Assembly: GCA_951406725.2 (NCBI GenBank)
Contig: OX597830.1
Location: 72,540,001 to 72,604,000, forward strand
Origin: Octopus vulgaris
Lineage: Eukaryota
Direction: 5' to 3'
Length of the DNA stretch: 64,000 bases
Part shown: in pieces, positions 12,544 to 28,269 of the stretch
Position numbering within the stretch: position 1 is the stretch's first letter
Layout: the number at the start of each line of letters is the position of its first letter
Made by a program: the position numbers and the translations under genes
The notes under the pieces: generated by a model
The model's input: the letters and a program-made list of their open reading frames with translations, nothing else
Database searches by the model: none
What the model was told of the DNA's origin: nothing

Positions 12544-13072
12544 AATATAAATATATACCTGTGTGTGTGCGTGTATGTGTGTGTGTATGTGTGTGTGTCT
12601 GCGTGTGCGTGTGGTCAAAATGAAATATAACTTAATTCAGCGATTTTTATGAATGTGACATCCGTATTAGTATTTCGAAATCTCATGCGCTTATTTACTA
12701 CCTGTTTCTTCTGTTTTATTTCAACCTTGTCAAAGGTGTCATACTTATTTAAAATTTTCAATCTTCTATACGTCAAATCATGCGTTTAAACGTTAAATTT
12801 CATTAAGAAAAAATAGATAAATTTTATTTACTTATTTACCTGTTGTCGTTTTTAGTATTAAATTTAATTATGTTAGTTTATTAGTTTTTTTTTATTTTAT
12901 TTTATTTATTTCTTTAATTTTTCACGGTACCTTATTGATTTTGAATGATTCCAAGAAAACCATTAACCTGCAGCTATATATTCCTTGTGTAAATTTAAGA
13001 AATATTGAAGAATACGTGTCGAAAATATTTTAGTAGTCAACATTTTATATGCGTATAAGTGTATATCGGTGT

Positions 13073-13113
<41 letters not shown>

Positions 13114-13178
13114 CATATATATTTATGATATGTATATAGCTTTATCACTACAGCTGTCTTTTATATATATGTAATGTC

Positions 13179-13252
<74 letters not shown>
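13179..13252. repeat. (GATA)n microsatellite
   Basis: Perfect tetranucleotide run. Confidence 0.97.
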
Positions 13253-13975
13253 CACGACATACATTGTGTTTGTATGCTGGTATTCATGTACATATGAGTG
13301 CTTCGTTGTTATAAAATCTCTCAAACGAAACACACTTCCTTTAAAATCATTTTATGCCAAGACCAAATTATTATTTTAGGCATTAACTCTTTGCCATGTT
13401 AAGCATACACTAAGAACGTAATCTCCAATTTAATCTACGTCGAAGACAATGAAGTTGCATTTCTCACCGGTTGGATTTCTACAAAACACGCTACATTCAT
13501 TAGCTGTTGGTATTTCTGGATTATTTCGTAGAGAAATTCGAGGAATCTTCGAACCAAACTTGCTAATACTTTTTAATACTTCCCTGTCATAAGAATGACA
13601 TATTCCATAGATTTTGCGTCAAAATCTTTATATTTTCTAAATGTTTCCACTTTATTGTTCAACCGTTATTATTTCTGTTATCGCATAAAATTTTTAGATG
13701 ATGCACATAGAAACATGCTGTGTTCATGTGTCCTTTGGAAATTGGAGTGTTCCCAAAGCAGTTTTCTTAAAATCTAATTCCTAATATCTTCTAACTTTTT
13801 ACTTTAAAACTTACGCTTTTTATACTCTATTCGTATTCAAGATAGTGAAGTTGTTGAAACCTATCTCATATACGCTGATATGTTATGTGTGTATGTATGT
13901 ATGAATTTGTATGTATGTATGTGTGTATGTATGTATGTACGGACGTATGTATTTGTATGTATGTATGTATATATG

Positions 13976-14018
<43 letters not shown>

Positions 14019-14981
14019 GTAATATTTGCATATATATGCACACCCATATTTATGTTAGGGAAAATGTCAAAGGGCAGGAGCACTCGCATACACATAGATG
14101 CACATGTACACACGCAAACACACACGCGCGCGTGCATACATGTATATATATATTATATATGTATTGATGATGTTAGTGACATTATTGCCAACTTTGAAAA
14201 GAAATGTCATCTCGTTATTTCTTTCCCACGAAACACGATGTTTTATCTAGAATATGGAATGCATTGCAAAAGATGACAATAAAACAAAATAGGGAGGGAT
14301 ATACTTAGAGTGATGGCTCAAAGAATATTGCTGAAGCCTAAAAATAAAACTACTACCACTCATTAAAAACGTGCTTTGTAATGGAAATCAGCTGCCCGCT
14401 AGATGTCAGTGTGGGAAGAAAAATACTGGAGAAGAAAGATTCCTACGGACCATCGATGAGAAATTCACAGATTCAGTATTCAAGATATACGTTCAGTTTT
14501 ATACCTGATATTGTTAAAGATACAGGTTATATATAGCTGCCTGGACCAAAGTATAACTAAATTTGGATTTGGGAGAAAGGAAGGTGGATCCATAATTTAT
14601 AAGGTACACATGGCCGCGATATCTGATAAGATCAAAAAGGATGAACAATTAGACAAGAGACGATGGCAATTCCCTTTTCTTTCTACCTTGTCACCTAGAA
14701 AGTCAAGAAAGCCTTTTAATTATTCTATAGAATTTATTAGAAGGGAACTGTTCAAGAAAATAGGGGAAATAGGGAGGCAATAATCGAGTACAGATGCAGT
14801 TCGAACAGAGGCTTATATCACGGGATTTTCTATTTATGCAACCTTTGAGCATGCTTACACCTGTTCTTACAGTGGTAAGTTATACTATCAGATACAAATG
14901 AAGTGGATTCACTTTGCTGGTATGAGGTGAGCAGTTAGGATTGTTAGACCTTATTTTACTGCTAGTATACGTCTACTATAC

Positions 14982-15211
14982 GTGGCGAGCTGGCAGAAAC
15001 GTTAGCACGCCGGGCGAAATGCGTAGCCGTATTTTGTCTGTCGTTACGTTGTGAGTTCAAATTCCGCCGAGGTCGACTTTGCCTTTCATCCTTTCGGAGT
15101 TGAAAAATAAAGTACCAGTTACGCACTGGGGTCAATGTAAACGACTTAATTCCTTTGTCTGTCCTTGTTTGTCTCCTCTATGTTTAGCCCCTTGTGGGCA
15201 ATAAAGAAATA
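14982..15211 (+). mobile_element. SINE family B, near full-length
   Basis: A-box-like TGGCAGAAACGTTAG, B-box-like GAGTTCAAATTC, central gtcgactttgcctttcatcctttcgg...gtaccag, tail ttagccccttgtgggcaataaagaaata; closely matches 20655-20885. Confidence 0.92.
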
Positions 15212-15299
15212 TATACGTCTCCTCCGAAGATCCGTGGCTATTTATTTAACCATCTCTGAGATTGGTTCTGTTGACACTTTGTTTATTTTGGCCAACCCA

Positions 15300-17930
15300 A
15301 CAATTATTCCTTTCTAATAATAATAGGAAATACTGCTTTCATCATGATGTATTAGAAGCTAGAATTTGATATAGATATGTTTCGAAACGTACCAACTCTG
15401 TTGCATTTATTTTTATAAACGTTATTGTACTTCCTTTTTTCTTTTCGTTTGATGTCGGCTAGATTAGAAATATTTGCCGAATGACATCCAGTAACCTAGA
15501 GCAGGCGTTGTAGTGTAATGTAATTGTTTAACAAAGCTTCCGGTTCTGTTTTCATTATTGGCTCATGTAATAATTGAAAGAAGAGAGGGGGGGAAAAGGA
15601 GATTTTAAAATGTATAAGTCAAAAACTTACGTTGAGTATGAGCCGTATTGCTTAATACTGATTTCTGGATCCCTTATATGACATTTTACCCTGTTTTTAT
15701 TTTTCAAAGAAACCACTCAGAGTATTTTCTTTATAACACATTGTACTCCTCTCACAACATGTATTATGAGCCACATCAGGATTATTCCAATTTCTAACCT
15801 TTTAGAAGACACATTTTTGTCAGATGAAATTGTCATAACTATAAATAGGCATGCCTTGTCTTTTCCTCTTAACAATATCTGGGTGGCTGGCATTAATTGT
15901 GCAGTCAACATATACAGTAAAATCCGAAAGGATCGTGATGTCGTTACTTACATCTACTGGTGTTTATAACAACATTTTCTATGTTCAGCACAGATGTTTT
16001 TGCGCGAAGCTTAAAGTATGTAATTGTCATCTCTGTTTGATCTATCTTTATATTCACCTGAAACCAAAGCTTGGAACTCCATATACCATATGCTCAGCTC
16101 TTTAGTCAGGGGCATCATTGATTCTGCGCTTGTGGACATCTTACGTAGTAAGTATTGGCCTTGGAATCATTTCCACTTCTACATATATTTCAAAGATTTA
16201 AGTCTTTCTGCTTTTGCTTTCATCTTAGGCATTTTGGCTGCCTTTGTTGGAATCAAATCATCTTCATTAACTCTTTCTATTATTCTAATGAGTAATTCTT
16301 GTTGATATTTCTCAGTTTCTCTGCTTACATAAAGGAGCTTTTTCTGGGGTTCATGTTCTTTCAATAATATTATCATCCAGTCATTGATCTTGCTTTAGTA
16401 CTTTTGCAAACCTACTGTAAACTTTTTATATGAGGGTTCTAGTCCGATCTATAAACTTTCACTCATTTTCCTTGGCAGGTACAGGCGGTCTGTATCTGCA
16501 TTTGGATGGTGTATTTTATTGGCAGTTAAGAGTCTTTATGTAAATTTTCTGTAGGTCAACTAGTTTCCAGTTGATGACATTGAAATTATATTGTATAAAA
16601 GATACTGCAAAGGTGATAATAGTTTCTATGCTGTTCTTGGAGTTCTCTTCAGATTTCAGGAACAGACTTACTCTTCTGCAGAACTCTTTCGAATCTTCTC
16701 CTTCATTTGTACGTACTGAATATATCATCACCCTCAATAATGCCAAGATAATTTTAACTTCCCTCTAGATATAGTTCTTTTATGGCTGTATCTTCGTCAT
16801 GCTGAATAAAACATGCAAGTTTTTACCTTTCAAAAATTGCTTTTCCACCTTTATCGAGACCAAAATTCATACCGCTATCATTTACCGTTGTTAAAATCCT
16901 TCTCTAATTCTCTGTCATTGTTAGCATACAACTTTGAATCGTCCATAAAGAGGAAATAGTTATTGCTTGGTTTATATTCATGCGTTATGTTGTTTTAGTT
17001 CATTTGAATTGTTGAGAGAGAATAACCTGGGAAAATGCCATACCTTATTTAGAGTTTATTAAAATGCATCGGTCTACTGCTGCGATTAAGGAAAAGAGAT
17101 GCGGCACATATATTCATAACATGTCGGAGAAAATATGAGATTACCGGAGTGATGTTGTACTTATCCAGAATTTTCAATTTCCACTTATGGAAGTCACTAT
17201 CAAAATTCTTTTTGAGACAGTTTTCAAGAATCATCCTTTTTTTCAACAACTGAACTAAACAACCATATGTGTTTCGTTTATTACGTTTTCATTCTTATGG
17301 TTTGATCTTATTTACTTCGAGAAGAGAAAGGGGTGCTTTCTGTCTGATAGCATCAGTTTAGAAGCTTGTAAGCTATGGTGAAACATGTGATGGACTTATA
17401 GCTCTTTATGGTTTTAGCTTCTATTATTATGGGAAGGGGACATGTAGTTCCTTCCATCAACCAGTTTGCGGTTTCATTAGGATTTTCAATAATGAGAGTG
17501 ATTTTACAGGTTATACCTTATGCTTCCCTTTAAGCGTGTGCAACCTGTGATTTAATATTCGGTCTATCCTCACTCAGTGTCTTCGATTTACGTGATTTAC
17601 TGAGGGTCTATCTCAGTTCTCGCAGTTGCGTTCGCTCCAGTTGTTCAACTTCCTTCAGTCTTTCATGTTTTCTATTGATTCTCGAAACTTCCTCCCTGTA
17701 TTCCTTTGGATTTCTCCCAATGTTCTTCCAAAATTTCTCTACTTCTTCTGTATTTGGTACTCCCTTTAACCTCTACTTCTTATTTCCTTAATCCGCCATA
17801 GAAAATTTACGTCCGTCTGGAAAATTTTCCTTTGTTTCTAGAACTTATTTCGCTCGTTAAACATTCGGGCCTTTTGCACTTTACGTAAATACGCTGCTTC
17901 AAGGTTTCCTGGATGGTATGGATCGCATCT
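15300..17930 (-). mobile_element. Decayed R4/Dong-clade LINE (RT through endonuclease)
   Basis: Minus-strand motifs in order: PNTEEVEKFWKNI (about 17740), NWLMEGTTCPLP..SYKSITCFTIAYKLL (17360-17470), YFLFMDDSKLYANND (RT catalytic motif, 16915-16960), DSGMNFGLDK (about 16860), HHPNADTDRLYLPRK (about 16490), ILLRGKDKACLFIVMTISSDKNVS (RLE-like, about 15830). Many stops and frameshifts; ends approximate. Confidence 0.88.
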
Positions 17931-18138
17931 TATCTACTTATATTTTATTCCCCTCCTCTCAAATTTGTTGGCCCTGTGCCAAACTTTGATCGAATAAATA
18001 TATGCTCTGATTTCTCTCTCCTGCCTTAATTGACCAGATTAAATAATTTACATAAAAAATGTTTCTTTTCAATATGGATGTTTTCGTATTTCTTGAATAA
18101 TTACATCAAGTATCTTAGTGCAAGTTTTTTATTATGTA

Positions 18139-18477
18139 GGCGCAAACATATCTGTGTGGTTAAGAAGCTCGCAATACAACCTTATGGTTTCGGATTCAGT
18201 CCCACTGCACGGCATCTTTGGTAAGTGTCTTTTACAACAGCATTATACCGATCGACGCTTTGTGAGCGAACTTCTTAGACGAGAAGTGTGTGTATGAGTA
18301 TGTGTATATTTCCTCATTTCTGCCATGTAATTAATGATTCACCAAAGGACACTGTTAGAATGGCTAGTAAGCATCAAACAAAAAATAATCACTGGGGTCG
18401 ATTTTTTTTCACTAAAACTTTAAAAACAGTTCACTAGGACTGTCGCAGTTCAATGTGTGAAACAAGTAAAAGATAAA
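18139..18477 (+). mobile_element. SINE family A, old diverged copy
   Basis: ggcgcaaacatatctgtgtggttaagaagc...ggattcagtcccactgcacggcatctttggtaagtgtc...ctggggtcgatt...gaaacaagtaaaagataaa. Confidence 0.8.
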
Positions 18478-19597
18478 ATATATACTTGAGAATTAATTAT
18501 CTGGTCTACGAAGAGAAAAACACAGCGCAGAGGCGTTATCAGGATATGAACCTCTTATAGCATTTCCTTTTATTGTCCGTCTTTATTGTCTTATCTGCTC
18601 TACAACCATCGTTGCTCTTCTCGATTTTCAATTACTTTCTACTAAAGCAGTTGAAGCTTGCTTACATAACGCCTTTATACGTGACAGCATACCAAAGAAA
18701 AATTGATTCCTCGATACCTTTATAAGTACCTGCGGATATAAATATATAATCTACAGTATCAATATGAAGCTTGTAGCATTAATATTGAATCACATCGGTG
18801 AGTTAGTATCAGTTGTGTCTATTAAATGTCTGCAATGTGAATTTAGCATCGCCTGTATCAAATTAGTGTCATCTATGTTGATTTAACCGTTTCTCTATGT
18901 TCAATTAAAAGATTTCAATGTCGATTTAACGTCACCTATTTCTCTCTACAACTGAATTGAAGAGCTCAAGCTGTTGAAATCCGTTCCTGTCAATAATCTA
19001 CTCGTATTTTTAACGCAAGCAAAAATATTTACAACTCAATGTTGTTTAACACACCATCCCACCACGTATCGCCTCCTGTGATTGATTCGCACCAAAGACA
19101 AAGCTTGCTTCACGTGTTACGCTTGTTTATGTATAACAAGGAAATAAATGTGTATTTCATTCGGGTTCCAAATCTCGAAGTGACAGTGATAAGCGAAATT
19201 GTATTTCTATTGGCTATTGATAATCGAAGCGAACTGTCTAGGTAGAAGAGATAGATTGATCGATCGAATGTTATAGAGTGTAACAGTATTTTTTATATCC
19301 TGTTGCCACACTTGCAAAGTACTGTCAAAACTAACTAAATATAATGAAGTATGTTCTTCAACATGGATGCAAATGTGTGTGCGTGTGTGTATGTGTGTGT
19401 TTACTTAGTGGTTAAGGAATTCGTTTCGCCAATAGGCTGTTTCTGATTTGGTCTCACTACATGTAGCCTTGAAAAAATTGCTATAGCTATAACTTTGAGT
19501 TCACGAATGACTATTGAAAGCGTTTGTGTACACATGCGCACATACGCACGTGCACACACACATTCTCACACATGTATACATACACTCATACACACAC

Positions 19598-19640
<43 letters not shown>

Positions 19641-19642
<2 letters not shown>

Positions 19643-20032
19643 CGTAGGATTGGCTGTGTGGTAAGTAGCTTGCTTACGAACTACATGGTTCCTTGGGCAA
19701 GTGTCTTCTACTATAGCCTCGGGCCAACCAAAGCCTTGTGAGTGGATTTGGTAGACGGAAACTGAAAGAAGCCCATCGTATATATGTTTATATATATATA
19801 TGTATGTGTGTGTAAATATTTGTGTGTCTGTGTTTGTCCCCCTCCCCCAACATCGCTTGACAACCGATGCTGACGTGTTTATGTCCTCGTAACTTAGCGG
19901 TTCGGCAAAAAGAGACCGATAGAATAAGTACTAGGCTTACAAAGGATAAGTCCTGGGGTCGATTTTCTCGACTAAAAGGCGGTGCTCCAGCATGGCCACA
20001 GTCAAATGACTGAAACAAGTAAAAGAGTAAAA
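19641..20032 (+). mobile_element. SINE family A (tRNA-like head, CORE-like CCTTGGGCAAGTG, internal TA/TG microsatellite, (GTAAAAGA)n tail); B-box region deleted
   Basis: Colinear with 24204-24594 and 34104-34525 except that ccgggttcagtcccactgcgtggca is missing. Confidence 0.92.
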
Positions 20033-20654
20033 AATCGTATATGCAAGTAAGTATGGATACGTTAACGTTTCAGATATATATATACGGAAATGTTCTCATA
20101 TACATCAAAATATGATTAGTTACCAGTACGTAGATATTTGATTTGTTGGTGAAAGAAAAAATCTCTCTAAAATGCCTCATACATTCATCTATTCAGCTGT
20201 CATGCACAAAACATTATATTTTCATCTATTCCCTTGTAAGAATGCATGATATTTACCTGTTTTCACAATCCTTACTAACGAAATACAGAAAGTATGAGAG
20301 GCAACTAATATTAATAGTAGGAATGAACAAATATTTTTTTGATCATTGGAAGTTTCGTTATTTATTTTTATTTATTTTTATATTTATATGACTACATTCC
20401 AGTTTAGCCCAATCAGTTACAAGGGAAAAACTATTCGAACCAGTTAATATTTCAAAATTTCTCGCGAAATGCAGGCGGGAGGGGAAACAAGAATTCGGCA
20501 ATACCGAATTGTTGATCAAAATTTCAAAATGCTGTCATCGAATATCATACAATAGATTTTGTGCTTGTTAATACTTACATGCCTTACACTTCAGATATCT
20601 TCATATAGTTAAGTAGCGATGTGTCTGTATAGTTATATTGCATGATCTTTAAAA

Positions 20655-20885
20655 GGCGGCGAGCTGGCAGAACCGTTAGCATGCCGGGCGAAATGCATAG
20701 CCGTATTTTGTCTGCCGTATCGTTCTGAGTTCAAATTCTGCCGAGGTCGACTTTGCCTTTCACCCTTTCGGAGTCGATAAATTAAGTACCAGTTACGCAC
20801 TTGGGTCGATGTAATCAACTTAATTCGTTTGTCTGTCCTTGTTTGTCCCCTCTATGTTTAGCCCCTTGTGGGTAATAAAGAAACA
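20655..20885 (+). mobile_element. SINE family B, full-length, with target-site duplication
   Basis: Head ggcggcgagctggcagaaccgttagc; flanks tatattgcatgatcttt (20634-20650) and tatattgtatgaccttt (20886-20902). Confidence 0.93.
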
Positions 20886-21614
20886 TATATTGTATGACCT
20901 TTTTTAAACATTCTTAGTAAGCTATATCTAACATATTGTTTTACTGCTATCATAATTTGAGAGCATATCTCGATACACTAATGCTCTTGATAGATACATA
21001 ATGTACGAAGAAACACTTATACAGGAGAAACATTTTGTGTATTTATACTGAAAAAGCTTCTTCTGTATACACTGGTTATACAAGGCGTAGTAATTCACTA
21101 TAGAGCTGATATCCTAAGTATCGTACATTCATCTATTCAGCTGTTATAATATATTAGAATTATGTGGAAATATATGATTGAGAAAAATTGAGGCAACATT
21201 AAAAAGAACATTCTGAGTAATGTCTGTTGTGTAATATTTCATGTTCTAGTTTTCTGTTTATAGATAATAGTGTTTATCTGTATGCTATTTATTTTGTTGA
21301 AGTCACTATCTTTTCATACATTATCATAATAATAAGTAACACGGCTAAAAGAGATCAAGTCAGAAGATATGACGTATAAATATTTATTAATGATATTTAT
21401 TAAACTTTTAAGGTTCATCGGGAACGTTTAGAATTATATTCATATATTGTAATTTATCGTTGTATTTACCATCAAGTCGTACTTATTAAAACCTACGTTT
21501 ACATTTTCTTATATTTAGATTCCTTTCTGTGCGATGTTCAAATCTAAAATCTTGTTTAGGATAAAGAACACTTGGTTAATTGCATGAATTTTCCATCTTT
21601 GTGGTATTGATCAA

Positions 21615-21892
21615 GGCGCAGGAGTCGCTGTGTGGTAAGTATAGGCGCAGTAGTGGCTGTGTGGTATGTAGCTTGCTTACCAGCCACATGGTTCCGGGTT
21701 CAGTCCCACTGCGTGACACCTTGGGCAAGTGTCTCCTTCTTACGTCCTCGTAACTTAGCAGTTCGGCATAAGAGACCGATAAAATAAGTACTAGGTTTAC
21801 AAAGAATAAACCCTGGGGTCGATTTGCTCGACTAAAGGCGGTGTTCCAGCATGGCCGCAATCAAATGACTGAGACAATTTAAAGGGTAAAAG
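21615..21892 (+). mobile_element. SINE family A with duplicated head and central deletion
   Basis: ggcgcaggagtcgctgtgtggtaagta (21615) is followed directly by ggcgcagtagtggctgtgtggtatgtagc (21644). The sequence then jumps from ggcaagtgtctcct to ttacgtcctcgtaacttagc. Confidence 0.9.
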
Positions 21893-23023
21893 GTTCTATT
21901 CGGACAAAAATTCATTTGGCGTTTCCATTGTATATGTCCTGTCTTTATCAAGCAATTATTGGTCATTACCTTTACAACCCAATGAATTACATTACAATAG
22001 CCAAGGACCCCTACCGGATATTAACATTATTCAGATAATAATAATATTTGAATCGTTAATTGGAAGAATCTAACCGTTTCTTGTGAGTGTGCGTGTGCTT
22101 TTGTGAAACTTTAGGTTACTAACGGATATAAATCTACTACATTTAAGTTCTAAAACCATTTAATATCTAATAAGCTTTCATTCCAAAATGATGTGTGATG
22201 CGTTTAAAATTTAAGATGACGAATTCCAAAACATGCTTTGCACAAGAAATGTGTCTTCTGTATTCTCCAAAATTTGATGTTTCTTTACAAGTGGACTCTT
22301 GGATCAATTTTGGATTCTTGCTCGGACTTTGTTTCTAGAAATATTCAGAGTTTGATATTCTATTATCAGATTTTGTGATTTCATTTGTGGAGAGTTCTTG
22401 ATAAATAAAGAAATAATATATAAATTGGCTGTAGATAGGTGAATGTTTATATATTTACAAACAGAGAAAAGCATAACTCCAATCATATATAGAATTTATA
22501 AGAAAAATGACGCGCATTCAAAGATTACGATATATTTCGCTTTAAAGATTATTCCAGCAATTCAAATAGAGAAACAGGACGATGAAGACGAAATTTATCT
22601 AAATGATGAGAACCCGCGAAAATGAGGAGTTGGAATAAAAAGAAGAGATAGCGGAGAAGATTCTGACGTGGAAAAGGACAATTTGACAATAAGCGGGACG
22701 ATGGTAAAATGTCGATAAAAATAGCATTGAAGATGAGACTATACCGGTGATGACAACAATAGCATGAGTATGTAGATAAAGCACGTAATGAAAGTGAAGA
22801 CGACAAGAGTAGGACATCATCATTGCTGATGATAATTGTGATGCTTATGATGATGATGTTGTTGATTATGTACAAACAGAGTAACACTTTGGTGTATAGA
22901 TTATTTTTAGATCGAAGGTATTCAACAGGGTTTGAATTGGTCAAGAAACGTACCGTGAATTCTTTCAATAATTATATAAAGACAAATAAAGAGTATGTAT
23001 ATAAATAGACATGTGCATAAGTG

Positions 23024-23077
<54 letters not shown>

Positions 23078-23439
23078 AGTGTGTATATGTCTATATATAC
23101 ACACATATATATATGTATATATAGGTACATACATAAATACATACACGCACACTCATATATATATATATATAAATATATATGTGTGTGTTTATGTATATAT
23201 ATGTGTGTGTGTGTGTGTGTGTTCAATTAAAGGTGACATTGACGTTTTTGGACAGAGTTCAAACATCAAAAAGAATACAAGAGAAAATCTGATGACAATG
23301 AATAGTAGTGAAAAAAAAAATAACCTAAAACAAAATATAAAAGAAAAGAAAACAAGTCTGTGGAAAAACATTGTTGTTTAATCGTGTAATTAAAGCTTCT
23401 TTGCTTCAATGGTGAAAGATATATATTTAACAAGAAGCT

Positions 23440-24200
<761 letters not shown>

Positions 24201-24203
24201 ATA

Positions 24204-24594
24204 GGCGTAGGAGTGGCTGTGTGGTAAATAGTTTGCTTACCAACCACATGGCTCTGGGTTCATTCCCACTGCATGGCACCTTGGATAAGTGTCTTCTACT
24301 ATAGCCTCGGGCCGACCAACGCCTTGTTAATCGATTTGGTAGACGGAAACTGAAAGAAGCGCGTCGTATATATGTGTGTCTATGTTTGTGTGTCCGTGTT
24401 GCCCCGCCAACATCGCTTGACAACCGATGCTGGTGTGTTTACGCCCCCATAACTGAGCTGTTAGGTAAAAGACACCGATAGAATAAGTACTAGGCTTACA
24501 AAGAATAAGTCCTGGGGTCGATTTGCTCGACTAAAGGCGATGCTCCAGTATGGCAGCAGTCAAATGACTGAAACAAGTAAAAGAGTAAAAGAGT
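24204..24594 (+). mobile_element. SINE family A, full-length
   Basis: ggcgtaggagtggctgtgtggtaa...gggttcattccc...tttggtagacggaaactgaaagaagc...ctggggtcgatttgctcgactaaaggcg...gaaacaagtaaaagagtaaaagagt. Confidence 0.93.
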
Positions 24595-24599
24595 GAGTA

Positions 24600-24800
24600 T
24601 AATCCTTTCTACGAAAGGGACAACACCTGATATTTTGAGGGAGGGGGCGAATCAATTACATCGCCCTCAGTCGTCAAGTTGGTGCTAATTTTATGGAACC
24701 TGAAAAGCAAAATCGATCGTAGCGGAATTTGACCTCGGGTATTATAAGCGAACGAAATGCCGCTATACATTTTGTCCGGCGTACTAACGATTCATCTACC
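24600..24800 (-). mobile_element. SINE family B, diverged copy
   Basis: gcggaatttgacctc...acgaaatgccgct...cattttgtccggcgtactaacgattc is the reverse complement of the family B head. Confidence 0.75.
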
Positions 24801-24838
24801 TTTCGTTAACAATAACAACACCACTCAGTAATTATAAC

Positions 24839-24869
<31 letters not shown>

Positions 24870-25310
24870 CAACCACCACCACCACCACCACCATCATCAT
24901 CACAGCTACTATGATTATTGTCATTATTGTTATAGTGGCTGTTGTGGTAGGTGTTTTTGTTGTTGTTGCTGTTGTTGTTGTTTTTGTTATATTTCTCTTG
25001 GTAAAATAATAGTGAAAAGAAAAGTAAGAAGTTAGAGTGGAGTGAAACCCCCTTGGGTGGGATTATTTTCACAAACTATAATGGAGTTTCAAATACCAGC
25101 ATTGTTCCGTGACGTGATTAAACTGAAATACAGCATCCATTGTGAAGCTGATATCGTCTGTACGTGTGTAGTGTGTATCCGTGTGTTCGGCTATATGTAT
25201 GCATATAAATATATATATATATGAATGTGTGTGTGTGTATAAGTGTGTATGTATATATGTATGTATATATATAAATAAATATATATATATAAATACATGC
25301 ATAGATACAT

Positions 25311-25711
<401 letters not shown>

Positions 25712-25998
25712 TGTATACACACACATATGTGATTGTTATTTGTACAAGGTATTAAAAAGTGGTGTTTTCCTGGTTGAGTGCGTATTTGACCATGTGTGTA
25801 CATAGTTGAAGGAATTTTGTCTAAGTATATATATAAATGTGTGCCGGTGCGCCCGCATGTGTATTTGCATCGTTGTAGTTGACTATGTGTATATATGCAT
25901 TCGTACATTTTGACGTTTATTGCGCATCTTTTTCTACTCAGATATTTATATATAGACTAACGTTTTGATACACGCACAAACGCACAAACGCACACTGT

Positions 25999-26057
<59 letters not shown>

Positions 26058-26159
26058 ACGCACAAACTCACACACACGCACACACAAACACACACACACA
26101 ATTGTATATATTTCTAATGCGTATGAGTGAACAAACTGAAATAGCATTCAACACACCCG

Positions 26160-26540
26160 TTGATTTCAAATTTTGTCACAAGGCCAGCAATCTTAGGGGA
26201 GGAGGTAATACGATTACGTCAACTCCACTGTTTACCTGGTCGGGTTTTTTTATCGACTTCAAGAAAGATGTAAAGGGTAAGTCGACCCCGGTGGAAATTG
26301 AACTCAGAGCATACAGACGGATGAAATGTCGCTAAGCAATTTGCCCGGAGTGCTAGCGATTCTGCCAGCTCACTGACTTATACAGCTCCTATACTGGTTT
26401 CAAATTATGGCACAAGGCTTGGAATTGTAGGGGAAGCGGTAAATCCATTACATTGACCCAGATTTGAACACGGAACGTAGAGCGAAAGAAATGCCCCTAA
26501 GTGTTTTGCCCGGCGTGCTAACGATTCAGCCATCTCACCG
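26160..26540 (-). mobile_element. Two adjacent diverged SINE family B copies
   Basis: 26160-26375 and 26390-26540 each run from ttcaaatt(t/a)tg.cacaaggc to gcccgg.gtgcta.cgattc. Confidence 0.8.
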
Positions 26541-26814
26541 TATTTATTAACAGGAAGACGTACCTCCTCACGTTCGTAGGGTTGTTTGTTTTACCAACAG
26601 GAAACAGAAAATTTTGCATGTTTTTCATAGGATTTCAAAAGCATTTTGCGCGATATTCTATAACGTAGCTGGTCAACGCCGGGTATTACAATGAATATTA
26701 AAAAAACATACTTACTTTGAATATATTAGCAAATAATTCATTCAATATTTATAAATATAAATTGTGTTCATTGAAAAAGTGACTTCAATCTGTTTACATG
26801 GTGCATACGATCAA

Positions 26815-26897
<83 letters not shown>

Positions 26898-26923
26898 GCA
26901 GTAGTAGTAGCAGTAGTAGTAGC

Positions 26924-26993
<70 letters not shown>
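26815..26993. repeat. (TAG)n/(CAG)n compound microsatellite
   Basis: Seen directly. Confidence 0.97.
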
Positions 26994-27311
26994 ATTTGTA
27001 TGTATTTATTTTATTATAGATGCAAAACAACACCATGGAAAAATCGACGTAAGCGTAAATAATAAACCGCGATAAGTGAACAGCGATAGGTAAACCGCGA
27101 TAAGGTGTGGGATTGCTGCACTATACCTAAGGGTACCCGATGCAAATGACTTTGTGTTTTGAATAGTTATGTGATAGGGTGTATATCTGTGTGTGCGCTT
27201 TTATTTTATACATGGTGGAGGTATACAGTTATGAGAAAACAAAACGTACAAACTCATATTTTTATCAAGAAAATTAAAAGTTACGATAAAAGTATTATAA
27301 TAGTTATGATA

Positions 27312-27624
27312 TTGTTTGTTCCTTCTCGAGCCATCCCTGGCTCATAAGGGCCGGTTTTCTCGGTTTCCTTGGCGTATAAGTTCCCCACCTGGACGGGACG
27401 CCGGCCCGTCGCAGGTGAGCTGCAAGGAGTAAAGCTGCAGGAGTAAAGAGAGAGAGAAATTAGTGGCGAAAGAGTCAGCAGAAGTTTGCTATTACCTTCT
27501 GCAGGAGCCGTGTGGAGCTTAGGTGTTTCGCTCATAAACACACACATCGCCCGGTCTGAGATTCGAACCCGCGATCCTTCGATCGCGAGTCCGCTGCTCT
27601 AACCACTAGGCCATGTGCCTCCAC
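27312..27624 (-). mobile_element. SINE family C: tRNA-derived head, full-length, with target-site duplication
   Basis: Minus strand gtggaggcacaTGGCCTAGTGGttagagcagcggactcgcgatcgaaggatcgcgGGTTCGAATCtc (A and B boxes) and tail ...ggctcgagaaggaacaaacaa. Flanks atagttatgata (27300-27311) and atatttatgata (27626-27637). Confidence 0.92.
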
Positions 27625-28189
27625 TATATTTATGATAAATGTATTATTATGATCAACGTCACTGAAAATATCAAAAATGAGGCTAACTAATTTAATGTGT
27701 TAATAATTTTAATGAATTATGTATTATAACGTTGATGCGATGCTTTCTGTATACCTACTTTTGCACCCTCTGTATATATCAATGTGCATGCGTGTGTGTA
27801 TTGTTTGGGTGTTCTCTGTGCAAGATAGGTATAACAACAACTGTTTACTCTATTTGCTTAGAATTTAATGCCTATCTAATGCATTCAACTCAGTGTGCTT
27901 GTTTAAATTCCTAGAAATATCAACCAAATATCCCTGACATCCTGACATCACTCTGTACAGTCACAAAAAGGTGAGATATTGAGAATGTATTCTTAGATAT
28001 ATTATGAGTGAAAAAGTAATATATATCTTTTTAGTTTTACTTCAACAGAGCTTTCAGGAAACTCAACCCTAACATAAAGAAAAAATAAAATAAATAAATA
28101 CAGAAAAAATGGAATCTCACAGACAGCACTTATTTTGCTAGAAACAGGAACCGACTCTACCGACATTCACATATTATCATTAAAATATT

Positions 28190-28268
28190 TAGTCATATAT
28201 AAATATATATTGCGGGACAAGAAAAGCAAATATAGATGGGCTGGCCACATCACACAACTGAAGGGCAA
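28190..28268 (+). mobile_element. Possible short RTE-type LINE relic
   Basis: KKSKYRWAGHITQL resembles the RWAGHVAR motif of RTE-clade ORFs; only one motif. Confidence 0.45.
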
Positions 28269-28269
28269 A

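Noticed and set aside
14180-14940. Possible decayed LINE 3' region or exon (ORF 14511-14783)
   Set aside because: Complex sequence, but I could not identify a convincing motif; needs BLASTX.
27550-27624. tRNA gene (also 43320-43393)
   Set aside because: A and B boxes are present but the acceptor stem is not closed, and the sequence continues into a SINE body (with a TSD at 27312-27624).
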